From Euprymna scolopes (Eukaryota), in NCBI GenBank assembly GCA_053919585.1, contig CM132802.1: a DNA stretch of 64,000 nucleotides; one strand, 5' to 3'. Each line of letters opens with the position of its first letter. The stretch's first letter is position 1. Position numbers and translations under genes: made by a program. This document shows, in pieces, positions 13,068 through 26,125 of the stretch. The notes beneath the pieces were generated by a model that saw only the letters and a program-made list of their open reading frames with translations, did no database searches and was not told the origin of the DNA.

Positions 13068-14936
13068 NNNNNNNNNNNNNNNNNNNNNNNNNNNNNNNNN
13101 NNNNNNNNNNNNNNNNNNNNNNNNNNNNNNNNNNNNNNNNNNNNNNNNNNNNNNNNNNNNNNNNNNNNNNNNNNNNNNNNNNNNNNNNNNNNNNNNNNNN
13201 NNNNNNNNNNNNNNNNNNNNNNNNNNNNNNNNNNNNNNNNNNNNNNNNNNNNNNNNNNNNNNNNNNNNNNNNNNNNNNNNNNNNNCCTCTGGACCAAAGT
13301 ATTGTAGGTTTTCAACAAGAGATGTCATATACAAATTCCATAAGTCTAGGCCACTATCTTATGTAGCTTTCGGTGACTTTTGCAGACACATTCAATTGTG
13401 TTATTAAATACTACATTGCATCATAGGAGCAACATTATCACAATCAACCTAGCTACAGAAGAATGGATACCTATTTTTCTCCTTATATAATATAGCCTAA
13501 CACCGCCTCCAGTCGACACCGGGAGGAGATCTACACGTTCCACATATATTACGTTTATACTGCCATGGACTGGCTCGTACATTCATATATATATATATAC
13601 ACCATTAACTTTACCCTAGTGAATTCATAAATAATAACGGCTCCCCTCGAAAAGTTCGTTCCCTCTAATTTCTTGTTTGACATTTCCCTTATTTCTGAAT
13701 AAGTTAATTTAAATGAACATTTACGAACATTAAATTATGGCGTCGCTATGAAAAATATCCATTCGCACGGCAGCATTTACAGTTACATAACATTTACTTT
13801 CCCTCCTATAAAAATAGCGAACGAATTTACTGTAAAGAGTAAAAATACAACAAACTTAATAGTAAATGTATATCCTTATTTATTTATTTATTTCTACATT
13901 CACACAGTAGCTATTACTTTTTCTTTTTTCTTTCTTTCTGTTTTATTTCTGTTTTTCGAGAAAAACATTCTACCGTAGCACTGCTTTTATTTCTTTCGTT
14001 TTTTTGGCAACTGTTTTTCTGTGTGTGTATGTGTGTTTTTTTTTGTTGTTATAAAAGTATACTTTCTTTGAGTTAGTGCACAAATATTGTTGCTGTTTAG
14101 TATTTCGATAGAACGTTAGTTGGGTATTTTTTTTACCCCGCGAAACGGTGCCGTTTAAGGCCTAAAAAATGGATACTCGACATTTTGTTTTCTGCCTAAA
14201 ACTTTTACACAGGTTTATCACTGCAAAACATACCCATTAACTAATTAATTAGGATAAAACTTTCTTTTTTTATATTTATACTTTCCAGCTTTCAACATTT
14301 ATTATATTTTGGGGGACTTATTCAGTTACTGAATCGAACTAAAATAATCAAGTGATTATTTAGCAACTCATTACAAACATGAGGAGGGGATAGTGTTCTA
14401 CAACTATTGGATACGTTCACCTGACAAATTTCTATAAAGCAAATGCAACTAATAACAAACGCTCAAAACAAGAAATTTTAACTGCTAGCAATCTTATCAT
14501 TATCCTACTATACTCTGATCGCAGAGTTAGACAAAATATCGGTTTTTAGTGTGCGGAAAATCAAACTCCACAATAAGGATACTCTGAATAGGAACAAAAA
14601 TAAAATTCGTAAAAAATATAAATAACTTTTAACACTCAATAATCGTACAAACATATAAAAATAATTTAATTTCTACACATGTGGCAATTCAACTTAAAAT
14701 ACATATACAGTCTCTTTGAAGTATTGATAATTGCTCATCATTATTACATTTACATATTGAACCCCTTACAATTTAGTTACTATGAGCTCTACCAAAAGCT
14801 TCCGGAATTATTGTCATTTAAACACGCATTGCTAACTCTTTCCTTCCGCACTGAACTATAATATAATCAAACACATATTGCTTCTTCCTTGCTCGAACGG
14901 AACTCTCTCAACATATAAATACAGCATTGGTTCGTA

Positions 14937-15112
14937 AACCTGCAAAGAGTGTTTATTTCAAAGCCGTTCTTAATATCGGGGAGCTGGGGGTGTTTATTCT
15001 AAAAGCCGTTCTTAACATGGAGAGGTTGGGGGTGTTTATTTTGAAAGACAATTTCTTATTTTCAACCTCTGCATGTTAAGACAGCTTTCGCAATAAGCAC
15101 CTTTTGCAGGTT
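14937..15112. repeat. MITE/foldback-like element built from ~41-bp subunits
   Basis: AACCTGCAAAGAGTGTTTATT at left, AATAAGCACCTTTTGCAGGTT at right; internal tandem GGGGGTGTTTATT..AAAGCCGTTCTTAA units, the last one inverted. Confidence 0.7.
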
Positions 15113-15954
15113 GAACGCCCAGTACACTTTGACCCAGTGGTTTATAAACGTGAATATGCACACTATACGGACAGACCCATCACCTCATCCTACCCCCTAA
15201 CCTAACATGAATATTTTTTCTTTTAAGGGTACCAATACCTTTTTTTTCGATTTTGTAGCGATTATCAAGACTATAAATGATGCTTTAATGATTCTGTATT
15301 TGTTTTTGTAGGGGGGGTTATATTCATGTCGACGGTAAAATTTAATTTTATATTCTTGACTGATTACCTAGGTTACAAGGCTGTTAATTATCAAGACGAC
15401 ATTTTCTTTTAAGAGCTGACTAAACGAGTTGATATCAGTTAAAAATAATATTATACAGATAGGTTTCATTGGCTATTGAAACACTTGTTTGTTATATATC
15501 TATTTTCTTACTACTTTCCCTTTCTGTGGTGTGTTTTATTATTTTGAAGATGTGTCAGATTATTTTAGAAAAAAAAAATGCCTGCAATATACCGAGAAGA
15601 AAAACACATGGCGACTTGAAAGATACTGTTATCGGTAGAAAGCAATTATCTACTTCTGTTTTCACGCAATCTGATAAGTAAATTAATGCTTTCTTTATAA
15701 TCACCAAGTAATATCGCCCCAAACAAACACTAATATTCAGTAACCAACTTTTCTGAAAATCACAGACAGTAGCTTCCACTAGCTGCCACTGGAAACTAAT
15801 GCGCAACAATAGATGCAAACGTATTTCACTTGGGCCACGGCCGCCAGTGTCCGCTAATTTCTATGGAAATAAGTTACCACCAACAACAATGGTAGTTTAA
15901 TTTGTTTGCGAGCAGGGGGTCCTTAAACGTTTCTGTTCGGGATTTTTCATGCTT

Positions 15955-15989
15955 CTAGCGGAAAACGCCGGTTAACGGGTCCTGCTAGT
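15955..15989 (+). mobile_element. Helitron-like 3' terminus
   Basis: AACGCCGGTTAACGGGTCCTGCTAG|T; resembles the reverse complement of the ends at 33039 and 61583. Confidence 0.5.
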
Positions 15990-18052
15990 ATATTAATATT
16001 ATCGACTAGCATTTGGTTCGCTCATAAGGACGAATATATTTCAAAAAGAGCTAGTTATTTTATTTCACTGGAAGAAGTCTTTTCCTTAACATAACAATGC
16101 ACTTGTACATATATTACATTAAAACGTGGTATAGATTTTTAACAGGTAAATGTTTGGGCCTCTTCCGAAAATTTTGGAGGACCTGTTTATTATGTTGTAA
16201 GACACAAAGAAGCAATGTGCTGACATGTTCAGTTAACTAGCAAACCGAGTGATCTGTCTAAACAGTATCTGGCGGCACTGTTGGGAAAATAGGGCAGGCC
16301 GATTTTCAACTTTTTTCAGAAAGTCAACATGGCACTGGTGATGATAGTTGGGAGTTGATGTGATAAGAAGATATACCAAAAATTAGATTCCTGTCTTGAA
16401 CAGAAAATTGAGAATTTAATTTTAAAAATCGTGTAGAAAAATCCTTCATTTTCATAGCATTTTTCACAACACTAACGTTGAAATTTCACTATTTTTATAA
16501 AATATTCAATTAAAATTGATATATTTATATGAAATACATTGAAAGAAAAGTATATACATGAATTATAATTTTAATTATGAATCACACCTAGCAAAATATC
16601 TCAACTTTTACTGCATTGATTAAACAAAAATTGTAAAAATAAGCTAATTAGCAACTAAGTCTTTTAAATTTCACAATTCAAAGATATGTGGAGATGTATT
16701 ACACAATATAACAACTTGATACAAGTTACAGAACCATATATTTTAATTTTTATTGAATGCAATAATATAAACTGTTATAATAGAACTACATTTTTCTGTA
16801 TACTTTCCTACAAGGAAAATGAAGGTCTAATTTGCTGGCATGATGACTTTGTAATAATGTGTCTATGTCTTGCTTTCTACCCATATAGAACGTTTTGAGA
16901 AAAATCAATCAAATTCAATTCATCTGAGTTTATCGTCAATATTATATTTTCCGGAAGTAGTGCAAAATCACTATATTTTGAACTGTTTAAAACAGTAATT
17001 TGAATTTCAGTTAACTGTTTTGTTCTCTGAATCATATTAAAATATACTGTTGTTGGTTTAAAAAAATATTGTCGGTTTTGATCTCAAACCAACTAACTGC
17101 ATACACTTGGATGATAAATATGACCAAAATGTTTAATTTATCATAGTGTTTAAGGATAGACAGCTCTAGTCCATAAACCCATAACTATTGTGGCTTATGT
17201 TAGCCATCTTCCTTGATTCAAGGGCCCTGTTGCCGTTTCATCTAAATGGCAAGGTGGACCAGCAAATTTTGTGAACCACAGGTTAAAACTGAACGTTGTG
17301 CTTTTACTGACATTCTAATGTGAAAATTGAAATAAATAAATGGATTAAAACTGAATGAAACTGTATTAGGCTATATTCGAGTTTCATACGTAAAAAAATA
17401 AGTGCTAGTTATAAGAAATAATGAAAAACTTTGTAGAGTTGAAATAGATGTATTGAAGAGATGTATTAGTTTAGACATTTTTAGCAGAGTTTCTGTAGCT
17501 GTGCCATTTTAAACAAGTGTTTCGTGTTTAGAGTTTGAAAAACCAGTGCTTGTGCATCTATGTTACTATGCTATTTTTAATAGTATTTTCAAGTTAAATT
17601 TAATTTTTATGAAATTTTTGTTTAATTAAATTTTTAGGTGAAAGTGCAGAATAGTTACAATACCACCTCCTTCCTATATTAAGAATGGCTTTCTAAATAA
17701 AGCTATTTTAGCACAATAACATAGATGAACACATAACGAAAAACATTTAAAGGAGTTTCCTTATTTACTTGTATTAATCTTTGTGGGTTATCTGATTTTA
17801 AAACTATAATTTTAGAGGAAAAACACTGCTTAAAAGCAATTACCCCAAAAATAAAAGAAATTAAAATTTGACACTAATTTTCTGCAAAGTATTTTTATTA
17901 AGTAGAAAAACTTGAACATTTACGTGGTTATCTTTCGTAAAGAATGTGTAGAATAAAATTGTATGGACTATATTTTTGTTGTTGTTTTAATATAAAACTG
18001 GAGAATTACCATATTTTAATTAAAAATTTCAAATGGAATTTGATGTGAAATA

Positions 18053-18128
18053 TTAGGTTGGTGCAAAAATAATGCTTTTGACGTTCATTTGAACGTGAAA
18101 AAATGACATTGTTTTTGCGTCAACCTAA
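18053..18128. mobile_element. 76-bp MADE1-like mariner MITE
   Basis: TA-TTAGGTTGGTGCAAAAATAATG...CATTGTTTTTGCGTCAACCTAA-TA; almost entirely two TIRs; TA TSD. Confidence 0.8.
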
Positions 18129-18797
18129 TAACAAAACAAATTAAAAAAGATAAAACAAATATGTTTAAATTCATGCAGACACTTGAAATATGATAATATA
18201 TATTTTAAACAAGTCTTTTTTTGTTTTTCCTTTCGAAATAATTCAGCCTCAATCGTAATGTTTTCAAATTAAATAATAAACAAACATTAATTTTCAATAT
18301 CAATAACGAGCGTGTTTTGCGACGGTGAAATCTAAAATGTTTCTACCCCCAAAAAGTTCCTTAAATGAAAAAGTGAACTTTGGTCATTATTATTAAAAAA
18401 AAATAATTCATCATTTACACTTAAGATTTATTTTATTAATTCATTATCCTCACTCATTTTATTTGAAAATGCAGTTTAAAATATATTCTAAATAATGATT
18501 CCATTTTCTTAACAGTACGGATTGTTTTAATGACGGGACGTTCTTGACAATTCACCAAAAACTTTTAATCGCTTCAATTTTTCAAATTTTAAAGTCATTT
18601 CCTCGAGCAAAGATACCGATTTTGAGAAAAATATTTCGTGTAGGTCTTTTCTATGTCAAACCCGAACTATCATCACCATTGCTTCACTGGGGTTCCAAAA
18701 TCGACCTGCCCTATTGTGACAATACTACTCACTGAGTTTGGTTGGCGACCGACAGCATACATTGGCATACATATTTTATTCTGCATAATGCATTTTA

Positions 18798-18872
<75 letters not shown>

Positions 18873-18961
18873 CTCTTTTAGGTTTTTCCTTTTTATTCAC
18901 ATAACGTCTAAAGCATCATTTATATCTTGATTTATTTTATTCATATATATATATGTGTGTG

Positions 18962-18998
<37 letters not shown>

Positions 18999-19506
18999 GA
19001 TATGCGATTTTAATAAGAATATAATTACAATTATCAGCGTGTATTTCTGTGTCTGACAAAAGCAACAGAGAAAGACTAAACAATTACCTAGAAACTTAGT
19101 ATTTTCTGTACCACCATTTTGTTCTAAATGGATAATATTTAAGATTTAGAAAAATTAACTAACACCGATTTAGTAAAAGATGGAGGGTAAGATTTCAGCT
19201 AGATTATGTAGTATATAAAGAGCAGTATATCTATTTTATAATCAAGGAATTACTACTCTAATGTCGACTCATTCCTTGGGAAATATCGAAAAATGAGTTA
19301 CATGCTTGTATGCCCAGAGAAAGAGAGGAATATGTTAGGCAGATAAAAAATAAAATGGGAGAACGAGAAGGAGAAACTGAATGAAGAAAACACTTTGAAA
19401 TATTCTTTTATTTCTCTCGTGCAAATGAAGCCCAAGATTTTGTAAATTATAATTTGATAAACAGTTATATTCTTAGATACTTACACTAGGGACTAAAACA
19501 ATTGTA

Positions 19507-19543
<37 letters not shown>

Positions 19544-20619
19544 TGACATCACTATGACGTCAGCTTGGCTATGGATAAGATGATTACGCGAGAGAGCCGT
19601 ATAGTGAGTTGGTTTACTTCTATCAGCAAAATAGAAAATGCATGTCGAATTATTTTGAAGGCTTTGAGAAAGAAGACATGTTATTATAAAAATAACATAT
19701 TATGTGGTCAGATTTTATCTCCGCGAGATCAAGCTCCCGAATTATAAAAGCTGAGCTTTGTTAAAACTAATAGCCAGAAAATTTGACACAATAATCTACT
19801 AGATAAAATATTTTGAAGTCAGTGTGAATAAGTTATTCTTTCACCAAGGACATATGTAAAGACACATAATTAAATATCACGAAACTTAACCAAAAAAAAT
19901 ACAGATTGAAAATGTAATGTCACAAAGAGATACAACTGTAAAAACAGATGACTGCATTATGAAGGAACACTGCGACATAAAACACGTATATAAATTAGAT
20001 GTTTTCCAGGAGGTAGAAAATCAGCAGATGAATATATATCGGAATTTCCGTAGCTTGGAATAACGTTTTTATAATCATAAACATTATTTTTAAAAAAAAA
20101 ACTATTTTCGAATCTGAAAGCTTTAAACATTAAAGCTTTCCTCTTTTTTATTTTTATTTATTCATTTTTTTTTTTTTTTGCGAGACAAAAAACATCGCTA
20201 TGGGAATAAAGTGAGCGTAATTTTAAAGCAAAGGTTGCGCAATCTCAAACAACACATCTTCGGAACTGACACTGCTTGAGACTAGTAATAAGGGGAAGTC
20301 CAGGAAAACTGGGATTAATGCAAGATAAATAGACACCACATGTAATCTCCAAATTATCAGTCATTTTCTACTGACCAGTCTCAACCTCGCTTAACTACGA
20401 CAATCTGACATGAACCGGCGAGTCAACATGATTATTATACAGCATAGACACACATTATGTCTAATACTAGAAGAATAACCGTTTCAGTGCGGATAAAATT
20501 TATTCTACAACTGTTTTGTGCCAATTTAATCCCCTTTCCGAATATTAAAATTTGAATATAGGAATATTAAACTTTGTTTTTATAATCATTGTTCCAATAT
20601 CGTTCAAAATGGATAATAA

Positions 20620-23311
20620 CACTGTGCAACAAATTTGAATTGAAAAAAAGTACAAGACATATAAGACCTGTTTCGGTGTAAGAAAAGTATGCTGATTCCA
20701 AATCTGACATTTATTTCTCTGGATTAAGTACCATTTTCATGTACTTTATTATTAATTATTTTGGAAAAAAAAAACACCGAATTCACCAATTCAAACAACA
20801 ATGTCCTCTTAACTCTCTTGTGTAGAGTGTCATCATCCTTTTTTAAATTCCAGCAGTAGTCTGCCAACATACCAGTGTTCCATTTTCCTTTAAAACGTTT
20901 TTCTATTAATGAAATATCTTGATGGAACCTTTCGCCATGTTCATCACTCACATGGCCAAGATTCTCAGCAAAAAAATCCAAATGAGAGTGGAGCACATGA
21001 ACTTTTAGAGACATGTTACATCCCATATCATGAAAATGATGCAATAGATCATTCATAACTTGCACATAGTCTTCTGAACGATGTTTTCCCAGGAAGTTAT
21101 CACAAACTTTCTTGAATGACTCAAAGGCACATTTTTCTTTTCTCGTGAAATGTGTGTTAAAAGTTTCAAGAACAATTTTTTCGAATTTGTGGACCTATGA
21201 AGATACCTTCTTTTATTTTAGCTCGACTTAATGAAGGAAACTTTTCTGCAAGATATGCAAATGCCAAGGAATCCTTGTCTAGTGCTTTCACAAACTGCTT
21301 GAACAACCCGAGTTGTAATATGCAAAGGTGGTAAATGGATTCTATCACTTTGCAGAAGTAGTTTGTGTTTTCCTTGCTCAATTTCATCTCTAGCAGGCCA
21401 GTGCTTGCGTACATAGTGTTCAGCTCTTGCTCTAGAGTCCCATAAGCACAAGAAGCAACAAAATTTAGTATAGCCTGGCTGAAGGCCAGTGAGCATGGCT
21501 ATAACCTTGAAATCTGCACAAACATGCCATTTATGGACTTCATAATGTATGCTTGCTAAAATTGTTTTTAAATTTTCATATGATTCTTTCATGGTTGTGC
21601 TGTAAGCTATAGGAACATATGGCAGGGTGTTCCCATTGCGATGCAAAACAGCTGTTATGCTTTCCTTGGATGAATCTAAGAAAAGTCACCAGTTGGTGTT
21701 ATCATATTGTATTTCCAGCTGTTCAAAAAGTCCAACAATGTCATTGCAGAAGCATAAATCATCTGTCAAAGTGAACAAAACATGCAAGTTTTGTGCACGT
21801 TTTCTGTACAATGTCATTTTCAAACCTTTTCTAAGAAGATTTCGTTCTTTAAGCCTTGATGCAAGAAGTTCACTTTTGTCTTTGGTTAAATAAAGATCTC
21901 TGCATGAGTCATTTAGAGCATCTTGAGAAAATAGTATTGGTTTATTATTGCTTTCTGAATTAGAAAATTCTACTGTTTCATCACTGTAATGTTCATCCCC
22001 ACTGCTTGAACTCCACATTTCCTGATAAGGGGGTTTTGGTACAGGTAATTCTTTTGAGTGCTCAACTAGGCGCATTGCTGATTGCAAATTTGGGTAAACA
22101 ATGTGTTTCTTTTTTTTTTGCTGTTGTACAGCCCGTATAGTCTTGCTGATAAAAATAGAAATCATTAGAATGATCTTTCTGCTCTCGCCAAATCATTGGC
22201 ACACCAAAGTTCATGTGAACGTTCTTTTTTGCATACCATGCGCTCAATGTTTTCACACATGTAAGGCAACAGGCATGAGGAGCCCATGACTTGTCTTGGT
22301 CTCCTATATCAAAATGAAAGTACGCCTTGTACAATTTCTTGATATGGCTGGTAATGCTGCGCCTTTCTTTAGCAAATGTTAATTCGCCACATATGTAGCA
22401 GAATTTGCTTGGATCATTTTTGCACTGTCTTTAAGTCATCGTCAAAGCCTATACTGCATCTAAAGAATAAAGACAAAAAAAAAAGTAAATTGTTTTATAA
22501 AGAAAAATAAGGATTCCATAATGTGAACATGTTAAGCCATTATAAACGCCCACTAGCAAGTTATTAGATTCTTTCGTACATAAAGTAAGGGGTTGATAAA
22601 ATTTCATTTCTATTTTTTGCATTTAATTTAGTAAATTTTCAGAAAAGAATGTATAAAATGCCCCTTTATGTTAAAAACATTAAAATACACAATAATCCGG
22701 TCTTTATTGTAGTTTTTAGTTAAAAAATACTTTATTAAATGGATATCTATTTTTAACCCTCAGATTTTTCTCGTGCCCTACAAATAAGGTTCTGAGGCAG
22801 GTTTTAGCTTCTTTTCCTTGATTTTTTTAGCCTACATTAAAAAATGCCTTTCTTGACGAATATCATAGCTTTTTGGAAGGTGGTGAACACCAAACCATGT
22901 GCTACAGCATTATGTTTTTACTTTTGAAAAAATTAGCCCTTGGTCTAGAAAATATTATAGTAACCAAGCTAGGTCTGTCATCTAGCTCTCTTAAATCTGG
23001 AAAAAAAAGCTAATTTCGGCTGACTTTATCAAATAAATGATTCAAATAAATGATTTAACAAATAATGTACATAATATGTGTATATTAAACTGTGTTTTTC
23101 TCTTAAGATTTATAATTTAATACACATAATATGTGACTGCAAAGTCGTCAGTAACCCATTTTTGACGTTTTTACTGAAATTTACGACTGTGGCAATTTTG
23201 CACAAATTATACCTAATTCAACAAAAAGAAAGCCAGAAATAAAATTTCCACGTTACTAGGTATACAAAAATTGCTGCAGATACCCTGTACTTTTTTTAGT
23301 GTTGCACAGTG
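20620..23311 (-). mobile_element. Complete Chapaev3-type (CMC superfamily) DNA transposon, 2692 bp
   Basis: 12-bp TIRs CACTGTGCAACA / TGTTGCACAGTG; TAA flanks on both sides (20617-19, 23312-14); transposase motifs inside. Confidence 0.88.
20724..22439 (-). pseudogene. Chapaev3-type transposase, frameshifted
   Basis: CKNDPSKFCYICGE, GDQDKSWAPHACCLTC, GLQPGYTKFCCFLCLWDSRA and MSLKVHVLHSHLDFFAENLGHVSDEHGERFHQDI spread over 5 ORF pieces. Confidence 0.88.
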
Positions 23312-23446
23312 TAATTTTTATCCTAATATTATGCCTAGCATTTGAGGCTTAAGCTTAAGGTTTTTTTAACAATGAAATTGGAATCAAAGGAGTTTTGTTT
23401 AAGTTGCGGCTATCGATAAAAGACAATGCACATTCTTTCTCTCTCT

Positions 23447-23507
<61 letters not shown>

Positions 23508-25504
23508 TGGGGGTGTATTTAATTTGTGTGTATTCGGCAAAACAAAACATAAGTGAAATGGCTGCAGAGTGGTCTTAGAATTATTGAATCTATTGTGGAA
23601 CGCTCCACAGCTTGATCAGCTATTTTTATCCATACTGTATTAAGTCTAGCTCTCACTGTCCGTCTCACAAGAGATTTATCTACTTTTTACTGGACCGATA
23701 GAAAGAGTTGAATAAACATTTGTTGAGATAAGGGAAGTAATTATTCGACACTGTATCTTCTGAGGATGCTTTGTTGTTTGTCACTTTTTAAAAATAGAGT
23801 CGTCGGAAACACATCCTATGAATTACTTTCCGGGCACACGGCAATTGATGAAATAGATTAGTCGAGACATCGATTTTCGATCTCTCACAATTCCGACGCT
23901 CGTTGAATCCTTGTCTTTTTGGCGCACTTTTTACCACCCTTTGAAGTCTATTAATGTGTGACGAGATTACATGTCACCTGCTCGACAACATCGCTGACCC
24001 CATGTGTCGTGGATTTTTTCTTTTCCGTCTTCTCTTGTTCTAGTTCTGAACGTGTCGTCATATTACGCATTGGCAGTTGCTAAGAAGGTGCGCAAGGGTT
24101 CACAAGTAAAATTACAAAACCTAATTTCAATGGAAAACAAACATTCTGATACTTAACTTTTATAATGGTTGGGATCTGAGCGCGGGCGTGAGACAATCTA
24201 GAAAAGTAAGTCCTTAGAGCTAAAGGTCCTCATGTACCGTATCCGTGAATTTAGTCAGCCCATTTCGATTGTTTAAAGTCTTTCAATCTGGTCCAAGCAC
24301 TATCCGCCGTAAACTCATTTTTGCCAATCGTAATATATTTCTATTGTTTAGTGGTTTGCCATTTTAATAATTGCCTCACCTTATCATTTAAATAACTATT
24401 TCACATCAGGTTTCTTTTGTGCTTAAATTCCTACTAATTATCGGTTAATGAATTGTTCTAATCGTAGGTTTTTTTGTTTTACTTTCTTAGAATTGGGGGC
24501 ATAGTTTGACGTTAATATTATAACAAATGTACCGTCTGAAAGTTTGTCCAAGTCGGATATGATAGGTATTTTAGAAATATCTTACCAAAACGTATGATTA
24601 AATTCCGGTTGATAATGTTTTACGAAAAATTCTGCCACTTTATATTTTTGCTTGCACGAAAAAGGTGTATTATCTAAAAACATCCATGATGCAGATAGCG
24701 TTGACCTACAGTGAACAGTTATCTCTGAGTTTATTACAGATTCTGGCAGTCTGCTCTATAATGAAACGCTCAGTCTTACATTGACTTCAATATTTGTTCA
24801 ACCCATTTAAAGTTTGTTTTTTAAAGCGAACTTAGACATGTGATATCAGTTCTACATTGAAACAGATTTCTATTTTACATTAATGCTATTTATATATACT
24901 CAGTCTCGTAGGATTTAACTCTAATTTATATATCCATAAATCGCATCGAGGAAAAAGACATTGCTTTCTCTAATTATATATTCAATTTCTTGACTAAAAT
25001 TCAGGAAATCCATATGTAGATGTTTATCTGTCTGGTTTAAATCGTTGAAGTGAATAATGCTTCCTTATTGTATATAACTTATGAAATCTTTGCTTGAAAT
25101 GTGTTTTTTAAAATATCCAGTATTTATTTGGTTCGAGTTGAATGTTGTTCAGTATCGGGAAAGTAATCAAAAATGTAATTGAACTTAATAAAGCAATTTT
25201 TAATTTTGATTTCGGTAACAATTCAAATGAAAAAAGTTGTGGTGGATTTTAATGAATATATTCTACAACGACGCTTTAAAATGAGGTGGTAAGTGTGGCA
25301 GGAAGACTTAAATACAATTGATAAATCAATAAAGAGTTCGAAAAATCTTCTAAAATGTATATATATATATATAACTACTTCATTTATTCGCATAAATTTA
25401 ATATACGAAAGTATAGATTTATGCGTAAACTTTAAGTATTTACTTCAAAAGTGCTCAATACGTAGGTAGAGCTAGTTAGTAATTTATAAAATATATATGG
25501 CGAT

Positions 25505-25558
25505 TAAGCTACACTGAATATTCTGCGTTTCATCCAACTATAGGATTCGTCAGGCTTA
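25505..25558 (-). ncRNA. Type I hammerhead ribozyme (PLE pLTR), intact core
   Basis: Reverse complement reads UAAGC-CUGACGA-AUCC(UAUAGUU)GGAU-GAAA-CGC(A GAAUAUUC A)GU-GUA^GCUUA. Confidence 0.9.
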
Positions 25559-25564
25559 TGCGCA

Positions 25565-25618
25565 TAAGCCTGACGAATCCTATAGTTGGATGAAACGCAG
25601 AATATTCAGTGTAGCTTA
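25565..25618 (+). ncRNA. Type I hammerhead ribozyme (PLE pLTR), intact core
   Basis: TAAGC CTGACGA ATCC tatagtt GGAT GAAA CGC agaatattca GT GTA^GCTTA: stem I TAAGC/GCTTA, stem II ATCC/GGAT, stem III ACGC/GTGT, GUA cleavage triplet. Confidence 0.9.
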
Positions 25619-25641
25619 ATCGCCATATATATTTTATGAAT

Positions 25642-25690
<49 letters not shown>

Positions 25691-26060
25691 ATAATGTATA
25701 CAGAGAAAATGTATATATATAGAAAATATATATGTATCTTTTAACATATATAAACAGAAAAAAATCTTCTAANNNNNNNNNNNNNNNNNNNNNNNNNNNN
25801 NNNNNNNNNNNNNNNNNNNNNNNNNNNNNNNNNNNNNNNNNNNNNNNNNNNNNNNNNNNNNNNNNNNNNNNNNNNNNNNNNNNNNNNNNNNNNNNNNNNN
25901 NTCTAGATACACAATAACAATCTACTTATTAATATAGGCTCATGTGTGGGCACCGGGGCGTCGTTCGTAATATATTAATCTTTGCACATCGAGGATTTTC
26001 ATATTTGTCAACATTAAACATCCGTCGTCAAGTACGTTTAGTCAAAGCTGATGCAAAGAA

Positions 26061-26125
<65 letters not shown>

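Larger units (their letters stand above)
25372..25646. mobile_element. Non-autonomous fold-back PLE pLTR fragment inserted in (TA)n
   Basis: Left arm matches the reverse complement of the pLTR at 43285-43445; 170-bp palindrome 25477-25646; TA arrays on both sides. Confidence 0.9.

Noticed and set aside
14950-15050. Regularly spaced repeats resembling a CRISPR array
   Set aside because: The units are whole tandem repeats without unique spacers; eukaryotic context with no cas genes
16839-16927. C box (ATGATGA) ... D box (CTGA) snoRNA-like spacing
   Set aside because: Weak terminal stem and no recognisable rRNA antisense element
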